The notes: generated from the sequence alone by a model not told the origin. Shown: positions 20,035 through 29,403, counted from the whole stretch's first letter. The stretch: 63,684 nucleotides of DNA, filler included, from 5 parts of 5 records of this genome joined end to end with filler, not necessarily neighbours in it; one strand, 5' to 3'. Made by a program: numbers and translations.

Positions 20035-20415
20035 ATGTACTACCTGCCGTACAACAAAAATCTAAAGCAGTTTTCTCGAGACCTACGAAACAACAGCACA
20101 CTTGGTGAAGTCCTGCTATGGCAGGAGCTAAGAGCGGGCTCCATCAAAGGATACAAATTCAATCGCCAGAAGCCGCTCGACCACTACATCGTTGATTTCT
20201 ATTGCAAGAAGCTGAACCTCGTAATTGAAGTAGATGGCAGCAGTCATTATCATGAAGAAGCGCGAATGCAGGATCAGGCCAGGCAAGAGGTGCTGGAAGC
20301 GATGAGTTTATCCTTCCTCCGTTTTGACGACCTGGATGTAAAGCAAAACACGGCTTTTGTGTTGGGAGAGATATATCGGTTTGTGGAGGAGTGGGAGAAG
20401 AATAGGGGCGTATAA
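20035..20415 (+). CDS. DUF559 / Vsr-like endonuclease-domain protein
   Basis: LRNNSTLGEVLLWQELR, KFNRQKPLDHYIVDFYC, LVIEVDGSSH, FLRF. Confidence 0.9.
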   Translation: MYYLPYNKNLKQFSRDLRNNSTLGEVLLWQELRAGSIKGYKFNRQKPLDHYIVDFYCKKLNLVIEVDGSSHYHEEARMQDQARQEVLEAMSLSFLRFDDLDVKQNTAFVLGEIYRFVEEWEKNRGV

Positions 20416-20416
20416 C

Positions 20417-20450
20417 AATCCCCCTAGCCCCCTTTTACAAAGGGGGAATA
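20417..20450 (-). repeat. REP-like repeat, short form, inverted (copy B1)
   Basis: Minus strand reads TTCCCCCTTT-GTA-AAAGGGGG-CTA-GGGGGATT; 8-bp hairpin; begins 1 nt after the DUF559 stop. Confidence 0.75.
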
Positions 20451-20480
20451 CTTATGATTTTGATTTAACTAAATTCGGAG

Positions 20481-20561
20481 GGAATCCCCCCTTTCCTAAA
20501 GGGAGTGGCTTGATTTTTCAAATCAAGTCGGGGGATTCGACAAAACACAGACAGAATTCAA
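20481..20561 (+). repeat. REP-like structured repeat, long form (copy B2)
   Basis: GAATCCC-[CCCTTT-CCT-AAAGGG]-AGT-[GGCTTGATTT-TTC-AAATCAAGTC]-GG-GGGATTC-GAC. Confidence 0.85.
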
Positions 20562-20857
20562 TCTTTCGTTTGAAAAAGATTCACCATTTTTGATCTTCAG
20601 TAGCTCTTATTTCATCGTCTTCTCTATCCACTCTGCTGCCTTGCTTCCACCCTGACTTGAGATTTTTCGGTCTACTTGTAAAACGCACTTTCTGTATAGC
20701 ACCGCTTGTGCGATGAGTAGATTCCTCTATATTTAATCCTGTTTATCAGCATAAAGCATCCGCCACTACCTAGATATTAGCTACAACTAGAGACGACAAT
20801 CCTAATTTGAAGTATTCAATGCCATTTCACAGAAACTCAAATTAGGTATAGTAGAAA

Positions 20858-22663
20858 ATGAGCACTCATCTACCCATATCATCATCTAATAAGTCCATTG
20901 CTGTACTCCCTTTTGTGAATATGAGTGCCGACCCTGAAAACGAATACTTCAGCGATGGCATTACTGAAGAAATAATCAACGCTCTGACCACTGTACAGGG
21001 TTTGAAAGTCATAGCCCGCACATCCTCTTTTGCATTTAAGAATAAGAATATAGATGTACGGACCATTGGTGATCAGTTAGGGGTGAGTACTATCCTGGAG
21101 GGAAGCATCAGAAAGGCCAAAAACAGGGTACGCATTACAGCACAGCTGATCAGTACCAATGACGGCACCCACTTCTGGTCAAAGAATTTCGATCGGGATT
21201 TGGAAGACATATTTGCAATACAAGATGAAATAAGTGTGCACATTGCTGACCAGATCCGGGAAAATTTTGGTCACCTCAATATTCAAGAACATCTTATTGA
21301 AGCGCCAACACAAAATATGGAGGCCTATGACCTCTATCTAAAAGGCCGCCATCAACATTTGATGTGGGATGGCCAAGGAATCGCAAATGCGATAGAACTC
21401 TATGAAGAATGTGTAGCGATAGACCCCTCGTTTGCATTACCATACTTTGGTTTGGCTTATTGTTATGCCATGGCCGGATCCTGGGGAAATAATAAAGCCT
21501 TATTACAAATATCAGAAGAGAATCTCAACAAAGGGTTTAGTCTGGACAAACAATCCTATGTAGGATATTTTAGTAAAGCAACATTGTCCTTTTGGGGTCA
21601 ATGGGATTTCATCAATGGACATAATTTTTTTCAAAAAGCAATAGAACTCAATCCATCCTATACGGAAGCAGAAGAAGGTTTATGCGAATTGTATACGGCA
21701 GTGGGTTATTTCGAAAAAGCGCTCTGGCATACTGATAATATTTTAAAAATAAACCCCTTATCTCCAAACCATTATTTTACCAAAGCAAACATTCACTATT
21801 TAAATGAGGACTATACAAAAGCGCTGGAATGTATAGAGACCTCCTTGAGCATCAATCCAAATTTCACACATCCCATTGCACTAAAACAACTCTGTTTGAT
21901 TCTTACAAAGGATTACGAAAAGCTAAATAACTTCTTAGTTCAAACTCCTTTGGCTGAGAGACCAGAAGAATGCAGAGTATTGTACAAGCTGGTCAATCCG
22001 GAAGAAAAGATCGATATTGATATTAGCGGGGTTAGCTCAATGATAAAAGAAGATTCTGGGGGAACACTTTTTCCCTGGCAACTTTTTTTGTTGGTCCATT
22101 TGGACAAACACGAAATGGCATTGGACTTTTTGGAAGAAAACATCAGGATGCGTACCGGTCAAATCATAAACTTGATGAATATTCCGCTGCTTAAACCTTT
22201 ACACCAATATCAGCGATTTCAGGATTTGGTACAAGCTGTTTTTCGCGTGGAGCTATTACCACCTAATGCCGAAGTACAAGTGCAGATCAGCCCTCCTAAA
22301 GCCTTAATGTCAGATGCTGAAATTGACATAGCATTAAACATTTTAGAAAAAGGAATGCAGGAAGAAAGGTGGTTTCGCAACCCATCCTTATCCTTACGCG
22401 AGCTAGCCGAAAACGCAAATATCAGCAGCAACCAACTTTCCTGGTTGCTGAATGAACGAATGGGCCAAAACTTCAATGAATACATCAATGGTTTTCGATT
22501 GGAGGACTTTAAAGAAAATGCATTAAATCCTGCCAATAGCCACCTTACCCTCTTAGCGATAGCTTATGAAAGTGGTTTTAATTCTAAAACGGTATTCAAT
22601 GTCTTTTTTAAAAAAGTAGAAGGGATGACACCAAAAGCCTGGGTGAAGTCAAATCAAACTTAG
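20858..22663 (+). CDS. TolB-N/adenylate-cyclase-associated domain + TPR + AraC HTH transcriptional regulator
   Basis: SIAVLPFVNMSADPENEYFSDGITEEII, TPR helices, C-terminal LSLRELA..NFNEYIN..IAYESGFNSKTVFNVFFKKVEGMTP. Confidence 0.88.
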   Translation: MSTHLPISSSNKSIAVLPFVNMSADPENEYFSDGITEEIINALTTVQGLKVIARTSSFAFKNKNIDVRTIGDQLGVSTILEGSIRKAKNRVRITAQLISTNDGTHFWSKNFDRDLEDIFAIQDEISVHIADQIRENFGHLNIQEHLIEAPTQNMEAYDLYLKGRHQHLMWDGQGIANAIELYEECVAIDPSFALPYFGLAYCYAMAGSWGNNKALLQISEENLNKGFSLDKQSYVGYFSKATLSFWGQWDFINGHNFFQKAIELNPSYTEAEEGLCELYTAVGYFEKALWHTDNILKINPLSPNHYFTKANIHYLNEDYTKALECIETSLSINPNFTHPIALKQLCLILTKDYEKLNNFLVQTPLAERPEECRVLYKLVNPEEKIDIDISGVSSMIKEDSGGTLFPWQLFLLVHLDKHEMALDFLEENIRMRTGQIINLMNIPLLKPLHQYQRFQDLVQAVFRVELLPPNAEVQVQISPPKALMSDAEIDIALNILEKGMQEERWFRNPSLSLRELAENANISSNQLSWLLNERMGQNFNEYINGFRLEDFKENALNPANSHLTLLAIAYESGFNSKTVFNVFFKKVEGMTPKAWVKSNQT

Positions 22664-22696
22664 GCCAATATAAAAGGTTCCAAATCTCACTTTTAA

Positions 22697-22718
22697 GTGC
22701 CGAATTTCATTTCGGGAC
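22697..22718. promoter_or_regulatory. Candidate operator for the adjacent AraC regulator
   Basis: GTGCCGAA-TTTCAT-TTCGGGAC dyad (7/8) upstream of the OMP genes. Confidence 0.4.
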
Positions 22719-22847
22719 GATTCACTTCACTTTTCACTTCAGCTTTGTATTATCAATTCGATGAAGCAGGGTTCCTATGACTCCTTCCTCTTTTTATAAA
22801 GGATATGAACGGGGGTGCCTTGCAATCGAAATGTTAAAAAAACGATT

Positions 22848-23414
22848 ATGAAAAAAGCAATATTCACCCTGGCATTGTGCGGGATAACTTTAATCGCGAA
22901 ATCTCAAGACACAAGTGTTGAAAAATCAACATTCGGACTACAAACTGGAGTTTTAGGAATCTGGGTATATAATGAAGCAAAACTGTCAAATGCCATAGCA
23001 CTAAGAACAGAGCTTGGATTTGACTTTGGTATTTGGGAAACTACTTATTATGATGATTTTGATTCTCCATTTATCCTCACACCTGTTATAGTAGTTGAGC
23101 CTCGGTTTTATTACAACCTTAAAAAACGCTCTGATAATTCAAAAAGAATTCATGGAAATAGCGGCAATTTCATTGCCATAAAAAGCAGTTACCATCCAGA
23201 ATTGGCTCTTTTCAATGCTGACGATGCTCCTGTGGTAAGTGATTTCGCCATTATACCTACTTGGGGAATTAGAAGAAATATAGGGGATCATTTCAATTAC
23301 GAAGCAGGCATAGGAGTAGGATATAGTTACACGTTTGCTGAGCGTGCGGGTTATTCAGAAGACGAAAGTGGAGTAGAGCCAAATATGCACCTGCGAATAG
23401 GCTATAGATTTTAG
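22848..23414 (+). CDS. Hypothetical outer-membrane beta-barrel protein
   Basis: Signal peptide MKKAIFTLALCG; C-terminal LRIGYRF. Confidence 0.75.
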   Translation: MKKAIFTLALCGITLIAKSQDTSVEKSTFGLQTGVLGIWVYNEAKLSNAIALRTELGFDFGIWETTYYDDFDSPFILTPVIVVEPRFYYNLKKRSDNSKRIHGNSGNFIAIKSSYHPELALFNADDAPVVSDFAIIPTWGIRRNIGDHFNYEAGIGVGYSYTFAERAGYSEDESGVEPNMHLRIGYRF

Positions 23415-23485
23415 CCAATAGATAATCTCATCGTTTTGCGCTATCGATGCGGGAAGTTCTTTGTATCAAAATAAGTTATTAATAC

Positions 23486-24136
23486 ATGAAAAATCTATTT
23501 ACAATTCTCATCCTTTTTTGCACATTTGGTGCTTTTTCTCAGACTAACTCACAAGCGAGTGAAGAAACCGAAGCAGCCCATAAGTGGAGGGTAAGTGTGC
23601 CCTATTTTGTTCCTGAGTCACTTATATTTAGTTCCTGGAACGATCACACCAGTACACAACACATAGAGTTGCATGTAAAGCGAAACCTTGATAATAAGAA
23701 CATCATAGGAGTGAAGTTTGCTCACTTTCGATTATTTCAACCAATGGGAATCACCTGGTGGGATGGTCTTTTGGATAAAATAGAATCAAAAAGTGAATAC
23801 TATCCGGGACATGTGCGAACAATTGGAGTAGGTGTATCCTACCAACGTATGCTTTGGAAAGGGTTGTTTGCCACTGCTGAAATTCTTCCGCAACTTCAAA
23901 CCTATTTGGATCTAAACGGTGATAAAATTAAAAGCGGCTTTAAACTGTATACATCGTATCATCTTGGCTACCATATCGCATTTGGTAAGAAAAAGCATTT
24001 TTTCATAGAACCACAGATTAATTGCATGCTATGGACGTCAGATAAAAATGCTCCTGATGGATTTAAGCAGTTGGACGATAAATGGAGAAACTACTTCCTT
24101 TTGGAGCCACAAATTTACTTAGGTTGGAATTTTTAA
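23486..24136 (+). CDS. Hypothetical outer-membrane beta-barrel protein
   Basis: Signal peptide; C-terminal IYLGWNF. Confidence 0.75.
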   Translation: MKNLFTILILFCTFGAFSQTNSQASEETEAAHKWRVSVPYFVPESLIFSSWNDHTSTQHIELHVKRNLDNKNIIGVKFAHFRLFQPMGITWWDGLLDKIESKSEYYPGHVRTIGVGVSYQRMLWKGLFATAEILPQLQTYLDLNGDKIKSGFKLYTSYHLGYHIAFGKKKHFFIEPQINCMLWTSDKNAPDGFKQLDDKWRNYFLLEPQIYLGWNF

Positions 24137-24140
24137 ACTT

Positions 24141-24180
24141 AGTCTGACAAGTCAGGATTTTTTCCATGGTTTGTCGGACT
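24141..24180. other. Intergenic inverted repeat
   Basis: AGTCTGACAA-N20-TTGTCGGACT. Confidence 0.4.
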
Positions 24181-24241
24181 ATTTGAAACTAAAGGAGCTG
24201 GAACTAATTTAGTTTTTAGTAAAAAAGTCTAATGCGATAGA

Positions 24242-25888
24242 ATGATATATATAAAAAAGTATTTTAGTCTGTATCTGCTTTTGATCGTAGCATTCTCTTG
24301 CTCACAACCTAAAGACGATCACATTAGGATTCTGTTTATTGGGAATAGTTATACCTACTACAACAGCACTCCTGAGTTAGTTAAGGCGTTTATACAAGAG
24401 AGGTTTCCCGACCAGGCAGTAGAAACCCAATTGATTAGTGGAGGTGGAATGACGCTTGCCGACCATTGGCAAAACGAAGGTACTGTAGAAACCATCAGAA
24501 CGGGTAATTGGGATTATGTCGTACTTCAGGAGCAAAGTAAGCTGGGGATGGGCGTAATGATTGATAACGACATGTATTTTGGACAAACAGAGCGATTTTT
24601 TGAACACGCCAGAAAATTCGATACTGAAATTACAAAAGCGGATGCTAAGACCGTGTTCCTGATGACCTGGTCAGTTAGAGATCAGCCAAAAGAACAAGCC
24701 ATTTTGACGCATGCTTATACGACCATAACCAAAGAACTTGTGGCCTTAGTAGCTCCTGTTGGTTTGGTATGGGATAAAGTGCGAAAGGTTCCAAAGATTG
24801 ACTTATATGCTGATGATGGAGGACACCCATCACCAACTGGCTCCTATTTAACAGCTGTTACACTTTACGCTACATTGATGACAGATGATCCCCTAGGGCT
24901 TTCGGGAACGATCTCTGGTAATAGGCTATCGAGTAGCGGCGATCCTTCATTAAACAAAGAGTTATTAATTGATATTTCTTCTGAGGAAGCTCAATTGATT
25001 CAAGAAGCAAGCTGGGATGTGGTCAAAGCCATGCAAACATCAAGTAGTTACCTTGATTTTGAACAGCCAGAACCCAGCTATTCCATTCCTGTATTGAAAA
25101 AAGGTGAGAGTATAGAGTTAAATAATATTGTTGGTAAGTGGTACGGAACCGGAACATATGGGCCTGAGTATGTTGGACAAATAATGGAGGTTAAAGATGA
25201 GGGAGACAAACCAGAAGTCAGTCTATCATTTTATTCACCTCATGTCCAAGATGAGATTAGAATTGACAGTGCAATTATAAAAGGGGATCAATTGATTTTA
25301 ACCCTATACGATTCTCTGAGAAGCAGAAACGCTATCCTTCAAATGTCACTAAACAATGGTAAAATGGAAGGAATATTAGCATCCTCAGGGAATTTTCAAA
25401 TGTACAAGCATTTGTATTTCTCTAAAGCATCAGTCCATAATGAAATAGATCTTTCAGCTTTAGCGTTTCTGATGGAATCGTTCCAATCCAATATTGCAAA
25501 AGAGGGCCATACAAAAGCTGCGTTAAAGCACTATGAACAATATAGCAACCTGATTGGTGAATCGTATAAACCGGAAGAGTTTTACTTGAATGCAATTGGC
25601 TACAATTTTCTGAGGGATGAAAAAGTGAATGATGCTCTAAACGCATTTGAATTGGCAATGACTTATTACCCTGAGTCAATCAATACTTATGATAGTTATG
25701 CAGAAGCTTTAATTGTTGCGGAGAGAAAAGATGAAGCGTTAGCAGTTTATAAGAAAGCTTATGAACTCGCCAAAAAGATCGGCTATGAAAACCTTGACTA
25801 TATTGAAGCGAATCTTAATAAATTGAAAAATAATATTGCCGTGGATATAGAAGGTGAGGCAATCCCTCCACCTCCTCCACCTCATTAG
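24242..25888 (+). CDS. SGNH-hydrolase-like lipoprotein with C-terminal TPR and poly-Pro tail
   Basis: Lipobox AFSC, LFIGNSYTYY, WDYVVLQEQS, DGGHP, YPESINTYDSYAEAL, ends IPPPPPPH. Confidence 0.8.
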   Translation: MIYIKKYFSLYLLLIVAFSCSQPKDDHIRILFIGNSYTYYNSTPELVKAFIQERFPDQAVETQLISGGGMTLADHWQNEGTVETIRTGNWDYVVLQEQSKLGMGVMIDNDMYFGQTERFFEHARKFDTEITKADAKTVFLMTWSVRDQPKEQAILTHAYTTITKELVALVAPVGLVWDKVRKVPKIDLYADDGGHPSPTGSYLTAVTLYATLMTDDPLGLSGTISGNRLSSSGDPSLNKELLIDISSEEAQLIQEASWDVVKAMQTSSSYLDFEQPEPSYSIPVLKKGESIELNNIVGKWYGTGTYGPEYVGQIMEVKDEGDKPEVSLSFYSPHVQDEIRIDSAIIKGDQLILTLYDSLRSRNAILQMSLNNGKMEGILASSGNFQMYKHLYFSKASVHNEIDLSALAFLMESFQSNIAKEGHTKAALKHYEQYSNLIGESYKPEEFYLNAIGYNFLRDEKVNDALNAFELAMTYYPESINTYDSYAEALIVAERKDEALAVYKKAYELAKKIGYENLDYIEANLNKLKNNIAVDIEGEAIPPPPPPH

Positions 25889-25914
25889 ACTATGTCCTGT
25901 AACATCATCAAAAC

Positions 25915-26361
25915 ATGGAAATAAGAAAGGTTATTGGAATTGTATTCTTGGCGGTATCACTTACTACCTTAGGTATTTTCATTACTCAAACTGAATTTAG
26001 TATTCAACTCCAATCCTGGATTAGCTTTAAATATTACATACAGTTTGCTCCCTATGTTATTAGCATCATGCTTGCTTATAGTGGAGTCTATTTAATTAGA
26101 AAGCATCCAAGATCGAATTTCGTAATGGCCATTTTTGGGTATACAATTTTCGAATTGGTTGCCTTAGATTGGTTAGGAATAATACCCAACAACCTAGACA
26201 CAACTACAACAATACTGTTTGGATTTTGTGCCCTTATAGCTCTCTGGATTACTCATGCAAATTTATTTAGCTTAAAAAGATTGTCTTTAGCAGAAGTCCT
26301 AACAAGCATTTTTATCGGAGCGCTAGAGAGTCTGCTACTATATTATCTTCAGGGTAGTTAA
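25915..26361 (+). CDS. Hypothetical membrane protein
   Basis: 148 aa with multiple hydrophobic segments. Confidence 0.7.
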   Translation: MEIRKVIGIVFLAVSLTTLGIFITQTEFSIQLQSWISFKYYIQFAPYVISIMLAYSGVYLIRKHPRSNFVMAIFGYTIFELVALDWLGIIPNNLDTTTTILFGFCALIALWITHANLFSLKRLSLAEVLTSIFIGALESLLLYYLQGS

Positions 26362-26393
26362 TTAACCGAATTAAGCTACCAATTGCAATCCGT

Positions 26394-26459
26394 GGAAATC
26401 CCCTTTCCTAAAGGCGTGGCTTGATTTGAAAATATCAAGCTGGGGGATTCGACTAAGCA
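26394..26459 (+). repeat. REP-like structured repeat, long form (copy C)
   Basis: GGAAATCCCCTTTCCTAAAGGCGTGGCTTGATTTGAAAATATCAAGCTGGGGGATTCGACTAAGCA, a direct repeat of B2. Confidence 0.85.
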
Positions 26460-26505
26460 TTGAAAAGGAAATATTTCTGATCTTGATTTGCTAAACCGGT
26501 GGCAA

Positions 26506-28533
26506 TCAATCCTTCTCAACAAACCCCAATATCACCTCAAGCATTCTTGCATACTCAATTGAAATTGAATGGTATTGTTCGTTCGTCAAGTTTCCACTGT
26601 AATAATCTACCAGGTTAGCTAGTGATACAAATTGTCCATGACTCAAGACGGGGATACTTCTAAAATCCAAAGAATCCAATTGCAAGGAATGTATAGCCCC
26701 AAAAGCCTCTTTGGATTTTCCTTCCGTGCCAAGGTAAAGCCATGGCGTTGACAAATGATTATTGGAAAGGCCGGAAGCCACCACATCAAAATGGTGGTAT
26801 GAACTTCCGTCCAGGCTGATGAGTTTTTCAAAATTACCCTCATGGTTCAAAGCCAAAACCAAATTTGTCAGTGCACCCCACGAATGCCCTATTAAAGTCA
26901 TGGATGAAGTATCCGCATGCGGAGAAGTAGCAATGTATTTTATGAGGTATTCCAAATCCAGCAGTTGTTCCTGAAGGTTTTCCAGTTCTGCAGAAGCCTT
27001 TCTTTCATGGGCTCCCAGACTGCTGAGGGCATAAACCATGTATCCATGGCTTGCCAAAAACTCACATAAGACATTGTTCTCTACCGACTCACTGCCAAGT
27101 CCGGGCGAGTAGATGATAACCGGATGATTCGTACCGTGAACTTCATTACTTGAATAGCTGTGTGTCTCTTTCTGTAAGATTTCAGGGTCTATTCCTTCCG
27201 CCTCAAGCTCATAATCTATGGCTTCTATCCGTTCCAATTCATCCAGATTTTTCTCCACCTGTGATACTGCTTCACCTAATGTTCGGATGGTCACTCTTTC
27301 ATTGAATGTCTTTGTTGGAAACCACTCACTCACCTGAATTGGACGAGGTGTACCAGGTGGCACTTCTTCTCCATCCTCAAAAAACTGAGCGCCATATAAC
27401 CTGCTCGAGTCCCCGTGTAAGCGATACCGAAATCCAACTGAATGGGTGCCCCATTGCGTCGGCTCAATGAAACTCTCCGTGAATTCCTTAGGTTCATTTC
27501 CCCCTTCTTCATATTCCAAAACATATCTAGCTTTCAATGCCATTGAATATTTCCTTGGCTCGAGGTAACGCCAATTATCAAAAGCTGATGACCGAATATA
27601 AGTGGGGTAGCCTTCAGCATTGACGAGTCGGAATGCTGTTGTTTCAGTAGGAAAGTCAATGCCATATTTCTTTGCTTTGCCTGCATTTAAACTGTGGCTC
27701 CACCTTGTTTGCACACCATTACTCGTGCTGTCTCTTGTTACATTCACCCCTTCTACTCCTCGCTCATATAATTCCAGAATCTTGTCTTTTTTACGCTTAC
27801 GATTCATAGCCGTTCGTTCCCTGACAGCCTTTTCCTCAATCAACTCGAATACCAGGTAAAACTCTCCTTGTGGTATCGGAACATAGAGATCATCTAAAGG
27901 AAATTCAGCCCACCCTTTTTTCATATCAAAGGACTTAACGACATCATATTGAATAATGTCCGTAGATGGTTCTTTTGTCTCTTTGTCCATGGAAAAGATT
28001 CGTAAGCGGATTTTAAGTGAATCAAGGTGATTAATCGAGATGGCCACTGATGCTGAATGAAGCCAAGCAGATGGATGGGGATTTGAGACACGAACAGCTA
28101 CCGCAGCACCCGCAGCTTCGGGGCTCGATGGTGCAATACTCCCCAAACCCGATAGTTTACCAGAAACATTGAATGACGAGGTTTTAAACTTACGATCATC
28201 GCTGACTTGTACCTCGTCTAGCACATTCAAATGCTCAGTAAAAAGAATCTCTTTAAAACCATTTCTTTTTAACTCGTCTATTGGGATTAATTGTCTCTCA
28301 TAACCAAGCGCTGAAAAGGTAACGACTGATCCCATGTATTCTTGAGGAATCTCCAATGAAAAATCCCCATTCAACTCAGAAATAGTAGCAACAGTTGATT
28401 CATTGATCCCAATGCTCATAAATGGTATTGGCTCGCCTGTTTCTTTATCCAGCACCCGGCCATTGATAACCAGTTGTGCGAATAAAGTGTATGAGAGCAT
28501 TACAAGAAATATTAATAGTCCTGACTTTATCAT
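26506..28533 (-). CDS. Secreted protein: carboxypeptidase-regulatory-like domain + alpha/beta hydrolase
   Basis: Signal peptide, INGRVLDKETGEPIPF..FSALGYE, PVIIYSPGLG, LASHGY, GHSWG nucleophile elbow. Confidence 0.8.
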   Translation of the reverse strand: MIKSGLLIFLVMLSYTLFAQLVINGRVLDKETGEPIPFMSIGINESTVATISELNGDFSLEIPQEYMGSVVTFSALGYERQLIPIDELKRNGFKEILFTEHLNVLDEVQVSDDRKFKTSSFNVSGKLSGLGSIAPSSPEAAGAAVAVRVSNPHPSAWLHSASVAISINHLDSLKIRLRIFSMDKETKEPSTDIIQYDVVKSFDMKKGWAEFPLDDLYVPIPQGEFYLVFELIEEKAVRERTAMNRKRKKDKILELYERGVEGVNVTRDSTSNGVQTRWSHSLNAGKAKKYGIDFPTETTAFRLVNAEGYPTYIRSSAFDNWRYLEPRKYSMALKARYVLEYEEGGNEPKEFTESFIEPTQWGTHSVGFRYRLHGDSSRLYGAQFFEDGEEVPPGTPRPIQVSEWFPTKTFNERVTIRTLGEAVSQVEKNLDELERIEAIDYELEAEGIDPEILQKETHSYSSNEVHGTNHPVIIYSPGLGSESVENNVLCEFLASHGYMVYALSSLGAHERKASAELENLQEQLLDLEYLIKYIATSPHADTSSMTLIGHSWGALTNLVLALNHEGNFEKLISLDGSSYHHFDVVASGLSNNHLSTPWLYLGTEGKSKEAFGAIHSLQLDSLDFRSIPVLSHGQFVSLANLVDYYSGNLTNEQYHSISIEYARMLEVILGFVEKD

Positions 28534-28655
28534 AAAACAAGGATGAGGATCGGTTGACTTAGGTTGGATACTTACTAATATTTGAAAGACATATCTGGCA
28601 GGATAAGGTTGCATTGGCTTCAGATGCTATCTATTTGATTGAATAGCTTTACCTC

Positions 28656-29330
28656 ATGAAAACAACCCTCTCATTCCTTTCCGACCTGTCGCAAAACAAT
28701 AATCGGGATTGGTTCCAGGCCAATAAGTCGGTGTATGAAGTGGCTCATGAGGAAATGATTGCTTTTGCGGATCAGTTGCTGAGTGAGATGAACAAACATG
28801 ATGTGATTGAGACGCCAACCGGAAGAAAAAGCCTGTACCGGATCTACCGTGATGTGCGTTTCTCGAAGAATAAAACACCTTACAAAACACACTGGGCAGG
28901 GCGCATGCGACGGGCGGGGGTGGAACGACGCGGGGGCTATTATTATAAGATTGGCCTGAAAGAATCCTATGCCGTTGGCGGCTTCTTTGGCCCCAATGCC
29001 AGGGACCTGTTGCATTTCAGAAATCAAATTGCACTGGACGCTGACCCCTTGCGATCGATCCTCGAATCCAAATCCTTTAGAAACACTTTTGGTGAACTAC
29101 AAGGTGAACAACTCAAAACAGCCCCCAAAGGGTTTGAAAAGGATCACCCGGAAATTAATCTCCTTCGATACAAGCAGTATTTCATTCGACATGATTTTAC
29201 CCGAGAACAGGTGCTTGATGCTGACTTTCCTAAAACCGTATCGAAGACCTTTAGAAAAATGCGCCCGTTTCTAGATTGCATGACGGAGATGATCACCACG
29301 GATTTGAACGGAATTCCATTGGTTTATTAA
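28656..29330 (+). CDS. DUF2461 (TIGR02453-type) protein
   Basis: NNNRDWF, RIYRDVRFSKNKTPYK, LKTAPKGF. Confidence 0.9.
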   Translation: MKTTLSFLSDLSQNNNRDWFQANKSVYEVAHEEMIAFADQLLSEMNKHDVIETPTGRKSLYRIYRDVRFSKNKTPYKTHWAGRMRRAGVERRGGYYYKIGLKESYAVGGFFGPNARDLLHFRNQIALDADPLRSILESKSFRNTFGELQGEQLKTAPKGFEKDHPEINLLRYKQYFIRHDFTREQVLDADFPKTVSKTFRKMRPFLDCMTEMITTDLNGIPLVY

Positions 29331-29331
29331 A

Positions 29332-29403
29332 TAAAAAAATCCCGATCACTGAGACCGGGATTTCTAAAATAACTAACCTAACCTAATAACTGAATTATCA
29401 TGT
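29332..29403 (-). ncRNA. Candidate small RNA ending in a minus-strand Rho-independent terminator
   Basis: Hairpin 29337-29363 has its long U-tract and a G-U wobble only on the minus strand, while both flanking genes are on plus; 5' end uncertain. Confidence 0.35.

Noticed and set aside
20590-20690. Short minus-strand reading frames as a gene remnant
   Set aside because: Under 40 codons with no recognisable motif; cannot be supported without a search.
19960-26459. Repeats A/B/C as a CRISPR array, tRNA or tmRNA fragment (GGATTCGAC resembles a T-loop or the tmRNA 5' end)
   Set aside because: Spacing is irregular, there are no uniform spacers or cas genes, no cloverleaf or CCA end, and no tmRNA body.
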